Source of the DNA: Myxococcota bacterium
Lineage (GTDB): Bacteria; Myxococcota_A; Polyangia; Nannocystales; Nannocystaceae
Direction: 5' to 3'
DNA length: 64,000 bases
Assembly: GCA_039028615.1 (NCBI GenBank)
Contig: JBCCHT010000054.1
Coordinates: 1 to 64,000 of the forward strand
Positions 1 to 10,398 of this stretch are shown piece by piece; the stretch's first letter is position 1, and each line of letters begins with the position of its first letter. The notes beneath the pieces are model-generated. The model made no database searches. It saw only the letters and a list, made by a program, of their open reading frames with translations, and was not told where the DNA came from. The translations under genes and the position numbers were made by a program.

Positions 1-191
1 CGAGCACGTCCGGGGTAGGCGTCCGCCGTCAACAGGGCCCCCCACCCCCCAACGAAGCCGATCCCCCCGTTCCCCAACCCCCCCGCGGTCCAACCAAGAA
101 CCGCTCCGCCCTTTCCAACGTCCCCGCCCCATCCAAGAACCGCCAACTCCGCCCCCTTGCACCCCCCGAACCGAGCGTTACGCTCCCCCCC

Positions 192-896
192 GTGGAACCC
201 ATCCGAGTCGACATCTGGTCCGACGTAGCCTGCCCCTGGTGCTGGGTCGGCAAACGCCACCTAGAAGAGGCCCTCACCGACCTCCCCTTCACCGTCGACA
301 TCACCTGGCGCTCCTTCGAACTCGACCCCAGCACCCCCAAGTCCGTCCCCGAAGGCACCGACCTCGTCCAACGCCTCGCCGATAAATACGGCACCTCTCG
401 CGCTGGCGCCCAAGCCATGATCGACCGCATGGACTCCGTCGGCACCGACAACGGCCTCGACTTCCGCTTCGACAAGGTCAAGCCCGGCAACACCTTCGAC
501 GCCCACCGCCTCCTCCACTTCGCCTCCACCAAGGGCAAGCAAGACGCCCTCAAGGAGCGCCTCTTCCTCGCCTACATGCACGAGGGCAAGCTCGTCTCCG
601 ACCACGAGACCCTCGTCCAGCTCGCGGTCGAAGTCGGCCTCGATGCCGACCAAGCTCAGGCCGTCCTGAGCAGCAACGACTTCCACGCCGAGGTCCGGGC
701 CGAGCAAGCCCAAGCCATGGAGCTGGGCATCCGCGGCGTGCCCTTCTTCGTCGTGCAGGGCCGCTACGGGCTGTCCGGGGCCCAGCCGGCCGAGCTCATC
801 CGCCAGGCGATCGAGCAGGCCCACCAAGAGGCCTCTCCCCTGCAGAACGTCGGGGCCGACGCAGATGCGTGCGGCCCCGATGGTTGTGCCATCTAG
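192..896 (+). CDS. DsbA-family oxidoreductase (FrnE-like)
   Basis: N-terminal DIWSDVACPWC (CxxC), NTFDAHRL, GVPFF cis-Pro motif and C-terminal CGPDGC tail typical of FrnE-type DsbA proteins; GTG start. Confidence 0.9.
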   Translation: MEPIRVDIWSDVACPWCWVGKRHLEEALTDLPFTVDITWRSFELDPSTPKSVPEGTDLVQRLADKYGTSRAGAQAMIDRMDSVGTDNGLDFRFDKVKPGNTFDAHRLLHFASTKGKQDALKERLFLAYMHEGKLVSDHETLVQLAVEVGLDADQAQAVLSSNDFHAEVRAEQAQAMELGIRGVPFFVVQGRYGLSGAQPAELIRQAIEQAHQEASPLQNVGADADACGPDGCAI

Positions 897-905
897 CGCG
901 GGGAC

Positions 906-1457
906 TCAGGCGGTGGTGGTGCCTTCGTCGGTGTCTTCACCGCCGCTGTCGTCGCCCGTGCCCGTCGACTCGCCGGGCAAGACGCAGTAGCCACGATCGG
1001 TGCACTCGGCCTCCGGATCGCAGCACGCGGTGGCATCGAGGCACCAGCGCAGCTCGTCCATGAGCACGACGCACTCGGTCACGCACTCGTTGGGGCCTTT
1101 GCCCTCGGGACCCCACTCGGGCATGAAGGGCGCGACGCACAGCTCCCCGCGATCGCAATCGGCGGAGACCTGACACTCGTCGGGGATGCCGACGGTGGCG
1201 GGCCCGTCGTCGCTACTTTCGTCGGGTGTCGCCGCGGCGGTGGTGTCGGCCGGCGGCGGCGTGGGAGGAGGCGTGGGCGTGCCGGTCGTGGACAGGTCGG
1301 TGTCGTTGCACTCGGGGTTGCCGAAGACCGAGTTGCCACAGCCAGTGGTCCCCGAGTCGCCCGCGGGGGAAGGCTCGCTGTCGTCGCTGCACGCAGCGAG
1401 ACCCAGCACGAGCACGGCGATTCCGAAGGTGCTTCGCATGACGTCCGCGCCGATCAT
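906..1457 (-). CDS. Cys-rich lipoprotein, paralog of 1454-1987
   Basis: Lipobox LGLAAC, Pro/Thr linker, Cys-rich module CVAPF...CVVLMDELRWCLDATACC; ATGA overlap with upstream gene; alternative start 1439. Confidence 0.75.
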   Translation of the reverse strand: MIGADVMRSTFGIAVLVLGLAACSDDSEPSPAGDSGTTGCGNSVFGNPECNDTDLSTTGTPTPPPTPPPADTTAAATPDESSDDGPATVGIPDECQVSADCDRGELCVAPFMPEWGPEGKGPNECVTECVVLMDELRWCLDATACCDPEAECTDRGYCVLPGESTGTGDDSGGEDTDEGTTTA

Positions 1458-1987
1458 CGCATGCCCGTGGAGCTGGACCCAGCCCCAGACTCGGAGCCGC
1501 TGTCGGAGCCCCCCGTGCTGGTGCCGTCGCTGCTGCCCCCGGAGCCCGAATCCGAGCCCGAGCCGGTCCCGGTGTCGCCCGAGTCACTGCCCGCGGTGCC
1601 CGACTCGTCGACGCCGTCTTCGAGCACGCATAGACCACGGCGACAGATTGCGCCCTCGGTACAGCACGCCGCGGCGTCGAGACACCACGCCTGCTCGTCC
1701 ATGAGATCGATGCACTGGTCGCTGCACGCGAAGTCCCCGACCTCGCCGTCGTCGTAGGGCGCGACGCAGTGCACCCCGGCCGCACAGTCATCGGGCTCGA
1801 GGCAGGGTGAACCAGCCGGGTTGCCCCCCGTGTCGTTGGGGCAAGGGCCGGCCGAGGTCCCCGCCGAGCAGTTCCCCGGTGGCGTGGGCTCGTCGATGAA
1901 GTCTTCGGTGTCGGCCCCGAAGGCGGAGTCGGACGAACCGCACCCCCCCACGAGCATCATCGCCACCACCGCTAGTCCAAGTCTCAT
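1454..1987 (-). CDS. Cys-rich lipoprotein, paralog of 906-1457
   Basis: Start trimmed to MRLGLAVVAMMLVGGC (signal + lipobox); module CVAPY...CIDLMDEQAWCLDAAACC; Gly/Ser-rich tail. Confidence 0.75.
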   Translation of the reverse strand: MRLGLAVVAMMLVGGCGSSDSAFGADTEDFIDEPTPPGNCSAGTSAGPCPNDTGGNPAGSPCLEPDDCAAGVHCVAPYDDGEVGDFACSDQCIDLMDEQAWCLDAAACCTEGAICRRGLCVLEDGVDESGTAGSDSGDTGTGSGSDSGSGGSSDGTSTGGSDSGSESGAGSSSTGMR

Positions 1988-2136
1988 GTCGACACCATAG
2001 CGCACGGATCGCAGACCTTCCCGTCGCCATGTCGCAATGCCGCACCGCATGACATCGGTGTCATGGTGGGAGGCGCGAAGGGGCGAGCGAGTCGGAGCAT
2101 AACGCCTGCGCCGCCATCGTCCCGCGAAAAATAACT

Positions 2137-2152
2137 TTTCAACCATTTGAAA
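2137..2152. promoter_or_regulatory. Palindromic AT-rich site TTTCAA-N4-TTGAAA (IHF-like or TF operator) in a divergent intergenic region
   Basis: Perfect 6-bp inverted repeat inside an AT-rich patch (~2127-2176); each strand is one mismatch from IHF consensus WATCAANNNNTTR. Confidence 0.35.
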
Positions 2153-2345
2153 TCATTGGTCAAAAAACTTCCATTGCGCTCGATCGAAGCGAGGTCGAGC
2201 GGCACTACCGTGGTGCGAGGCCAATCGATTCCGACGCTCGATTCTCTGTCGCGTCCCAAGATCGTTGCCCCCGCCGGACCCCCTTCACACTACGCTGTTG
2301 TTCGTCACTTTGCTGGCCTTGCTTTCTTCTGGAGTTCCGACGCTC

Positions 2346-3974
2346 ATGACTTCTCGCCTCAGCTCCCGCACGCACGACTTGCGACCCACGCGAGCTCTGC
2401 TGCACCCCCTGTGGCTCGGTAGCCTGGCCGTGCTCGTCCTCAACGATCACGTGCTCAAAGGCGCCTCCGCGCTTCCCTCCGTGGTCACCGGAAAGCTCAG
2501 TGACTTCGTCGGGCTGATCGTTGCCCCCGTGCTGTTGGCCGCGGTGCTCCGCGTCCGTACTCGCCGCGGCTGGCTGCTGTCGCAGGTCGCCGTCGGAGCG
2601 GGCTTCTCCGCCATCCAGCTGTCGGCCGTCGCCGCCGAGCAGTGGAGCGCGGCCATGGCCGCCATCGGTTTCCCCTGGGTCATCACTCGCGACATCACCG
2701 ACCTGGTGGCCCTGCCCGCCCTCGCGCTGGGCTACTGGGCCCTGCGCGGCGCCATGGAGCGCCCGGTGGTCGGCGCGGGTCGCCGCACCGCCGAGCTCAC
2801 GGCCGCGGGCGTGGGCCTCGTGTGCTGTGCCGCCACCTCGCGCCCGCCCGACGGCGAGCCCTTCCCCGACGACTGGCGCCCCGAGCTGTGGACCGATGTG
2901 TACGTGCACAACGGCGGCGCCGACTCGGTCGTCGTGCGAATCCGTCCCCTGTCCGAGACCGTCGACGTCGACTGCAACGCGGTCGCCGAAGACCCCGGTC
3001 GCCTGCTCACCGAGCCCCTCTTCGGCGAGCTGCAGTCCTTCCGCCTCGACCCCGACCAGAACTTCGGCCTGCGGGTGAACAGCGAGTGGGAGGAGCCCAG
3101 CAGCTCCATCACCGGGTGCCACGTCTACCAGCTCGACGTCGATGGCCTCCCGCCCGCCGTGGTGTTCTGGGACGAGGGCAGCGTGCCCATGCACACCGTG
3201 CCGGGCACCGGCTACGAAGAAGGCGAAGCCCGCGGCGGCATCGAGCTGATGCCCTCCGAAGACCCCGATCGCCTGGGTACCTTCGAGCACCTCGGCATGG
3301 ACGAAGTCCTGCACGTCGTGCCGCCCGCCACCGCCCCGGCCGGGGGTGCCTGCGCCCCGCAGAGCGACGCCGCCCGCCTCGAGTGGAGTGACCCGCCCGT
3401 CGGCACCTGGGACGTCGCCGCCGTGGAGCGCGGGGCCGACGGCTGCTTCGCCCTCGACCTGGGCGTTCGCGAGCTCGACGGCGAGATCACCAACCCGCGA
3501 CGCTGGTACATGTGCGCGCCCCTGTCCACCCTGGGCATCGAGGCCGACCGTCGCATTCGCGTCAGCCTGCTCACCGCGGGTGGCTTCTTCGACGGCATCT
3601 CCATCGTCTCCGAGGACGGCGATCCCACCCTCCCGCAGATCGAGATGTGGGCGGTGCGAGGCGAAGGCTTCCCCGAGTTCCACGGGCTCAACGTCGCCGC
3701 CGTGCCCGAGTTCGAGTGTGGCCACGCGGTCGCCGAGAGCTGCGGCACGGTCACCCGGGCCACCGCCGTCACCGCGGGCGGAGGGTCCTTCGGAGCCGTG
3801 CAGCTGAACCCCGGCGAGAGCCAGGACCTCGTCGGTGACGAGGGCACCATGACCGTCGTCGTCGCTCACTCCGAGGAGCGCAGCGCCCTCGACTCCGCCT
3901 GCGCCGAAGGCCCCGACACCCTGGGGCTCGACCTCGAGGTCGTCGCCCTCTACACCAAGCCCGCTTCCGAGTGA
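2346..3974 (+). CDS. Membrane protein with N-terminal TM domain and large Cys-containing extracytoplasmic domain
   Basis: TM segments with LVLNDHVLKG and GKLSDFVGL motifs followed by a beta-rich domain; ATG 2346 chosen within ORF 2265-3974. Confidence 0.7.
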   Translation: MTSRLSSRTHDLRPTRALLHPLWLGSLAVLVLNDHVLKGASALPSVVTGKLSDFVGLIVAPVLLAAVLRVRTRRGWLLSQVAVGAGFSAIQLSAVAAEQWSAAMAAIGFPWVITRDITDLVALPALALGYWALRGAMERPVVGAGRRTAELTAAGVGLVCCAATSRPPDGEPFPDDWRPELWTDVYVHNGGADSVVVRIRPLSETVDVDCNAVAEDPGRLLTEPLFGELQSFRLDPDQNFGLRVNSEWEEPSSSITGCHVYQLDVDGLPPAVVFWDEGSVPMHTVPGTGYEEGEARGGIELMPSEDPDRLGTFEHLGMDEVLHVVPPATAPAGGACAPQSDAARLEWSDPPVGTWDVAAVERGADGCFALDLGVRELDGEITNPRRWYMCAPLSTLGIEADRRIRVSLLTAGGFFDGISIVSEDGDPTLPQIEMWAVRGEGFPEFHGLNVAAVPEFECGHAVAESCGTVTRATAVTAGGGSFGAVQLNPGESQDLVGDEGTMTVVVAHSEERSALDSACAEGPDTLGLDLEVVALYTKPASE

Positions 3975-4016
3975 GCCTCACCCCCCTTGGCTTTATCCAC
4001 GAATAGGAACTTCATC

Positions 4017-5585
4017 ATGAAACGCTTCACTCGAACCGCTCGCACCCTCGCTGGCCTGGGCCTGCTCGCCACCAGCCTCGCCACCGGCTGCTTCGCCGCG
4101 ACGAACGACTCGGCCGATGCCGCGGCCGGGGGCTTCGAAGGCGGCGACGGAGGAGCCGGCGTGGCTCAGGGCGGCGCCCAAGACTTCGGCCAGTTCCGCG
4201 CCATCCTCGACGCGGGCGACCTGCCGGGCCCCGAGACCCTCGACGACGTCGGCTTCTTCAACGAGCACAAGATCGAGCTGCCCCCCGCCGACTGCGGCGA
4301 GGACATCTGCCTGCACGGCGAGCTCGGGGTCATGGGCAACATGATCAACGGCTCCAACTGCACCCTGGTCATGCTCGGCATGAACACGCCGATCAACCCC
4401 GCCGAGCAGCCACGCCTGCCCCTGAACCTGGCCATCGCGGTCGACACCAGCGGCTCGATGCAGGGCGACAGCATCGACTATCTCCGCGAGGGCCTGTTCC
4501 GCATGCTCGACGATCTCGGCCCCGACGACCGGATCTCGCTCATCGGCTTCAACGACGGGTCCACCGTGCTGGTCGAGTCCGTCTCGGGCGACGACCCCGA
4601 CCTCACCCTCGCCATCGGCTCGCTGCAGGCGGGCGGCCGCACCAACATCTACGACGGTCTGCGCACCGCCTACGAGGTGGTCGAGGCCCACGCCGACCCC
4701 GAGCTGCAAAACCGGGTCATCCTGCTCTCCGACGGCGAGGCCACCGTCGGCATCCAGAGCACCAGCCGCCTGGTCGAGATGTCCTCCGCCTACAACTCCG
4801 AGGGCTACGGCCTGTCCACCATCGGCATGGGCGTCGACTTCAACCCCGAGCTCATGCGCGACCTGGCCGAGAAAGGCGCGGGCTCGTTTTACTTCCTCGA
4901 GGATCCCTCCGCCGTCGAAGAGGTCTTCGAAGAGGAGGTCAACACCTTCCTCGTGCCGCTCGCCAAGGACGTCGAGATCAGCCTGGCCGTCGACTCGGGC
5001 TACACGCTGCGGGCCATCTACGGCACCAAGCAGGCCGAGACCTGGGGCAACGTGGGCCAGATCTCCATCCCCTCGCTGCAGATCGCTCACCGCGTGAGCG
5101 TCGAGGACGTCGAGGGTGGCCGTCGCGGCGGCGGCGGAGCCATGATCGCCGAGCTCGTGCCCCGCGATCCCTCGCAGGTCGAAGAAGAGGGCACCGTCGG
5201 CACCATCACCATGAGCTGGGACGACCCGGGCACCGACGAGACGCGCAACACCAGCGTCAAGATCGGCACTCCGCTCCAGCCGGGTGACACCCCCGAGACG
5301 GGCCACTTCAGCAGCAACGGCGTCGAGAAGAGCTTCGTGATGCTCAACATCTACGCCGGGTTCGAGATGGCCGCGGTGCGCTCGTCCTACGGCGACCTGG
5401 CCGGAGCCCGCGGGGTCTTGGTGCCGCTGGCCGAGCAGGTCGACGCGTGGCTGGTCGACAACCCCGACATCGACATCGAGGACGACCTCTCGTACATCCG
5501 CAAGTTCATCGACAACCTCGATGCCCACGGAGCCAACTTCGAGCCCGAGTCGCCCAACCCGCCCAACCCCTGGCCGCAGGACTAA
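4017..5585 (+). CDS. vWA-domain lipoprotein (YfbK-like)
   Basis: Lipobox LATGC; MIDAS DTSGS, GGRTNIYDGL and ILLSDG motifs. Confidence 0.85.
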   Translation: MKRFTRTARTLAGLGLLATSLATGCFAATNDSADAAAGGFEGGDGGAGVAQGGAQDFGQFRAILDAGDLPGPETLDDVGFFNEHKIELPPADCGEDICLHGELGVMGNMINGSNCTLVMLGMNTPINPAEQPRLPLNLAIAVDTSGSMQGDSIDYLREGLFRMLDDLGPDDRISLIGFNDGSTVLVESVSGDDPDLTLAIGSLQAGGRTNIYDGLRTAYEVVEAHADPELQNRVILLSDGEATVGIQSTSRLVEMSSAYNSEGYGLSTIGMGVDFNPELMRDLAEKGAGSFYFLEDPSAVEEVFEEEVNTFLVPLAKDVEISLAVDSGYTLRAIYGTKQAETWGNVGQISIPSLQIAHRVSVEDVEGGRRGGGGAMIAELVPRDPSQVEEEGTVGTITMSWDDPGTDETRNTSVKIGTPLQPGDTPETGHFSSNGVEKSFVMLNIYAGFEMAAVRSSYGDLAGARGVLVPLAEQVDAWLVDNPDIDIEDDLSYIRKFIDNLDAHGANFEPESPNPPNPWPQD

Positions 5586-5648
5586 AGGGGCGCCGGCTCT
5601 CAGGATTTCAGCTCAGGAAAGCCAGTCCAAGCAAAGCAAGCAAGCAGC

Positions 5649-5685
5649 GAGCCCGCTACACCAACCGGTGTAGCGGGCTCTTTTT
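5649..5685 (+). terminator. Rho-independent terminator
   Basis: 14-bp perfect stem GAGCCCGCTACACC/GGTGTAGCGGGCTC, 4-nt loop, followed by TTTTT; lies between convergent genes. Confidence 0.85.
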
Positions 5686-5701
5686 CGTGGTGCGGATGCG
5701 A

Positions 5702-5998
5702 TCAGGCGCCGCAGGAGCCTTCGCCCTCGCCACCCTCGGCGGAGCAGGAGCCCTCGCCCTCGCCACCCTCGGCGGAGCAGGAGCCCTCGGCGTCGCCGCC
5801 CTCGGCGTCGCCCTCACCGCCACAGTGGCCTTCCTCGGTGTGGCCTTCGCCGCACTTGGCCTCGCCAGCCGCCTCTTCGGTGGCCCCGGCGGCGTCGCCC
5901 GGAACCTCGGTGGCGGGAGCTTGCTTGCCACACCCGGTCATCACCAGGGTGCCCGAACCGAGAATTGCCAGCGTCGCTGCGATGTCTTTGATGTTCAT
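5702..5998 (-). CDS. Small lipoprotein with EGxC[GS] repeats; HvfA/oxazolin-like RiPP precursor candidate
   Basis: 98 aa MNIKDIAATLAILGSGTLVMTGC... with AGAGGG RBS; motifs EAKCG, EGHCG, EGSCS, EGSCS, EGSCG; 33-bp DNA repeats. Confidence 0.7.
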   Translation of the reverse strand: MNIKDIAATLAILGSGTLVMTGCGKQAPATEVPGDAAGATEEAAGEAKCGEGHTEEGHCGGEGDAEGGDAEGSCSAEGGEGEGSCSAEGGEGEGSCGA

Positions 5999-6173
5999 GA
6001 TGCCCTCTGCTCTCTTCTTCGTTTTCGTGGTGGTCCCCGCGTTTGCTCGCTGGCGTGCGGCCGTGGCGGGAGCCCACAGCTTGGCCGACAACCGCGGTCT
6101 CTGTCTAGGAACTCTCGCTCGGGGCCCCCGAAACCGGGCAGCAGTGGTATCAAGCGGCGCGGCATTGTCGGTC

Positions 6174-7277
<1,104 letters not shown>

Positions 7278-7292
7278 GGCAACCGTCCGTGC

Positions 7293-8198
7293 TCACTCGG
7301 GGACGAACATCGGATCGTTGGTGACCACGACACGGCCGACGGCCATCGACTCGCGGAACGTGAACTCCACCGTGTGGTCGCCCGCGTCCCACATCGGCGC
7401 CCACGGATCTTCGATGTAGTTGCACAGCGGCTCGTTCTGGTCGCGCCAGTTGAGCTGCGCCCATCCCCAGCCGTCACCGCTCGGAGAGCAGTCCGCCTCG
7501 AAGATGGCCAGCGGATCGGGCTCCCCGTCGATCTGCACGAAGTACGAGTCGGCGTCGTCCTGCTCCCAGAACCGAACCCACAGATAGAAGGTGTCGTCGC
7601 ACGGGATGACCGGGGTGAAGAGCACCGAGCCTCCGGTGCGCCCCGTCTCGTCGTGGACGGCGATCTCTCCCTCGCCGAGCTCGCTCAACATCAGCGACCA
7701 CGCTCCGGTGATGATCGCGTCCGTGGGCAGCATCTCGAACTCGACCTGGCCCACGCACGCGCCCACCGGGCCCGCGTCCTCGCCGGTCGTGGGCGGATCG
7801 CCGCAATCGGCTCCACACGAGCGCACCGCTTGGACCACGCAGGTGTCGTCCCACGCCTGATCGCAACACTCCGGGCTCTGCTCACACACGCACGCGAGCA
7901 CCCCCTCGTCGTCACAGCCGGGGCTGGCGTGCGCTTCGCAGCAGCTGAGGTCGTCCGCCTCGGTGGTGCCGCTCGAGCTCGTGCTCGACTCGCCGCCGTC
8001 CGAGGACGAGGACGAGGTCATCGGCTCGGCCCCGCTCGTGGTGCCCGGCCCCGGCAGCGTCGGATCGAAGGGCTCGGTCGTGCTCGAGCCCGAGCTCGAC
8101 CCCTGTTCACCCGCATACGGAGGCGGAAAACCGACGCACGCGGACGCGCTCAGGACCACCGCCCCGAGCCACCCCCGCCCGTGTCGGCCCCGGCTCAT
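7293..8198 (-). CDS. Cys-rich lipoprotein paralog 1 of 3 (Cys module + beta-sandwich domain)
   Basis: LSASAC lipobox, Ser/Thr linker, CCEAHASPGC...CVC...CC...WD..C module, C-terminal domain ending TNDPMFVP; ATGA overlap with upstream paralog. Confidence 0.8.
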   Translation of the reverse strand: MSRGRHGRGWLGAVVLSASACVGFPPPYAGEQGSSSGSSTTEPFDPTLPGPGTTSGAEPMTSSSSSDGGESSTSSSGTTEADDLSCCEAHASPGCDDEGVLACVCEQSPECCDQAWDDTCVVQAVRSCGADCGDPPTTGEDAGPVGACVGQVEFEMLPTDAIITGAWSLMLSELGEGEIAVHDETGRTGGSVLFTPVIPCDDTFYLWVRFWEQDDADSYFVQIDGEPDPLAIFEADCSPSGDGWGWAQLNWRDQNEPLCNYIEDPWAPMWDAGDHTVEFTFRESMAVGRVVVTNDPMFVPE

Positions 8199-9130
8199 GG
8201 CACGAAACCCGGATCGTTGGTGATCAGGATGCGCCCCATGGCATTGATCTCGCGATACGCGAACTCGACCGAGTGGATCCCGGCCTCCCACTGCGGCGTC
8301 CAGGGGTCTTCGACGTAGGTGCAGGGCGGGTCGGCGGGGTCGTGCCAGTTCAGCTCCGCCCACAGATAGGACTCGCCTTCGTCGCTGCAGTCGGCCTCGA
8401 AGACGGCGGGAGGACGCGGCGTCCCGTCCACGGAGACGAAGTAGGAGTCGGCCCCCTGGAAGTTCAGCCCACGCACCCAGATGTGCCAGGTGTCGTCGCA
8501 GGGGATGTCCGGCTCGAAGAGCACCGAGCCGGCGACGGACATGTTGGGATCGGGGAGGATCGCGATCTCGCCCTCACCGATGCTGCTCATCCCCAGGCCC
8601 CACGCCCCGCTCAGGGTCGCGTCGGAGGGGAACATCTCGAACTGCACGATATCGACGCAGTCATTGCCCACCTCGCCGGAGCTGCTCTCCGCCTCGCCCG
8701 TGGAGCCCGGCGGCTCTTCGCAGACGGCCCCGCACTCGCCCAGGGCCAGCTCCACGCACGTGTCGTCCCACTCGAACGCGCAGCACGACGCCTCGACGGC
8801 ACAGACGCAATCCACCACCTCGGGCTGGTCGCAGCCGGGGCTATCGTGGACATCGCAGCAGCTCGTGCTGCCGCCGCTGGTCGTATCGCCGCCCGAGGTC
8901 GTATCCGAGGGACCGGTAGTGAAGGTGGGATCGCCCGTGACCTCGCCCCCCGTCATCCCCCCGGTATTCGTACCCGGGTTGGGGGCAGTGGGGTTCGGCG
9001 GCACGCTGCCCGAAGTGCTGGTCCCGGACTCGTCACCGCCGATGTCGGTCTCGACCTCGCTGATCGGCCCCCCCGTACAAGCCGAGCCCCAAAGAGCAAT
9101 GGAAGCGACGAGAGCGAAACGGTGGTCCAT
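8195..9130 (-). CDS. Cys-rich lipoprotein paralog 2 of 3
   Basis: WGSAC lipobox; same Cys module and C-terminal domain (IPCDDTWHIWVR...TNDPGFVP); alternative start 9139. Confidence 0.8.
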   Translation of the reverse strand: MDHRFALVASIALWGSACTGGPISEVETDIGGDESGTSTSGSVPPNPTAPNPGTNTGGMTGGEVTGDPTFTTGPSDTTSGGDTTSGGSTSCCDVHDSPGCDQPEVVDCVCAVEASCCAFEWDDTCVELALGECGAVCEEPPGSTGEAESSSGEVGNDCVDIVQFEMFPSDATLSGAWGLGMSSIGEGEIAILPDPNMSVAGSVLFEPDIPCDDTWHIWVRGLNFQGADSYFVSVDGTPRPPAVFEADCSDEGESYLWAELNWHDPADPPCTYVEDPWTPQWEAGIHSVEFAYREINAMGRILITNDPGFVP

Positions 9131-9208
9131 GGCAAACATCCAGCGGTGAGCGAAGGCGCGGCCGAAGCCCAAGTGCTCCGGCCGCGAGAGACACGACCCG
9201 GCGGGCCG

Positions 9209-10168
9209 CTAGGGCACCAGGGTGGGATCGTTGGTCAGCAAGATCCGACCCATCGCGAGCGACTCGCGGAACGAGAACTCGATCTCGTGCGTGCCCGCGT
9301 CCCAGGTCGGGGCCCACGGGTCTTCCACGTAGTCGCAGGCGCCCGCTCCCTGGTCGCGCCAGTTCAGCACCGCCCAGTCGTAGCCATCACCACCCGGCCC
9401 GCAGTCGCCTTCGAAGATCGCCTCCGGGTTCGGCTCGCCGTCGAGCGTCGCGAAGTACGAGTCCGCGTCGCCGTCCTCCCAGTAACGCACCCAGATGTAC
9501 CAAGTGTCGGCACAGGGGATGTCGGGCTCGAACAGGACCGAGCCGCCGCCCCCTCCTCCGCCACCGCCCTGGTACACGGAGATCTCACCCTCGCCGACCA
9601 TGCTCATCGTCTGGATCCACGCGCCGGAGTGCGTGGCCTCGGAGGGCAGCATCTCGAAGGTCTCGATGTCCTCACACTCGCCCTTGGGCGGCGGGGGATC
9701 GTCGGTGTCGGTCGGGTCGTCGCCCGTCGACTCGCCACCGGGGTCTTCGCAGACCGCCTCGCACTTGCCCATCGCCAGGTCCACGCAGACCTGCGCCCAC
9801 TCGAACGCACAGCACGAAGCCTCTTGCGCGCACACACAGTCGACCACGTCGGGCTCGTCGCAGCCGGGCTCGGGGCTCGTCGCGCAGCAGCCCGTGCCCC
9901 CGGGGCCTCCGCCCGTCGTGTCGTCTGGACCAGTGGTGAGCGAGGGCCCCGTCGTCGGCTCCCCCGTCCCGTCGCTGGTCATGGCGCCGGTGTCGTCACC
10001 GGGGTTGGTCGGATTCGGGTTCGGATTCGTGGGATCGGGGCTCGAAGTCGAGCCGGTATCCGTGCCTTCGCTGTCCCCCTCACTCTCCGTCGCCGGTCGG
10101 CTGGTACACGCCGCCGCCGCCAGGGCGAGGGCTCCAAGAACAATCCAGGGTCGATGTCGTAGCGTCAT
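9209..10168 (-). CDS. Cys-rich lipoprotein paralog 3 of 3
   Basis: LAAAAC lipobox; same modules (IPCADTWYIWVR...TNDPTLVP). Confidence 0.8.
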   Translation of the reverse strand: MTLRHRPWIVLGALALAAAACTSRPATESEGDSEGTDTGSTSSPDPTNPNPNPTNPGDDTGAMTSDGTGEPTTGPSLTTGPDDTTGGGPGGTGCCATSPEPGCDEPDVVDCVCAQEASCCAFEWAQVCVDLAMGKCEAVCEDPGGESTGDDPTDTDDPPPPKGECEDIETFEMLPSEATHSGAWIQTMSMVGEGEISVYQGGGGGGGGGSVLFEPDIPCADTWYIWVRYWEDGDADSYFATLDGEPNPEAIFEGDCGPGGDGYDWAVLNWRDQGAGACDYVEDPWAPTWDAGTHEIEFSFRESLAMGRILLTNDPTLVP

Positions 10169-10398
10169 GTGCAATCCCCCAGACGATTTGTACCAGGCCA
10201 GTGACGGCCCGCGGGGGCCGTTTTCGTGGCTTCACGGCCTTTGAAGGGGGTCTGGCGCAACACTCGTGGCGACAGGATCAATGGTTGTCCACGGCCGCCG
10301 AAAAGGCGGTGCGCGAAGTGTCGGCAAGCTGACAGTTCATGCAAACCGCGGGCGCGGTGCCGTGCAACGGCTCGCACATCCCCGAACGACTCGAGGCC

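Noticed and set aside
10204..10224. Small GC hairpin with T-run as terminator
   Set aside because: U-tract is on the + strand while both flanking genes are on the - strand
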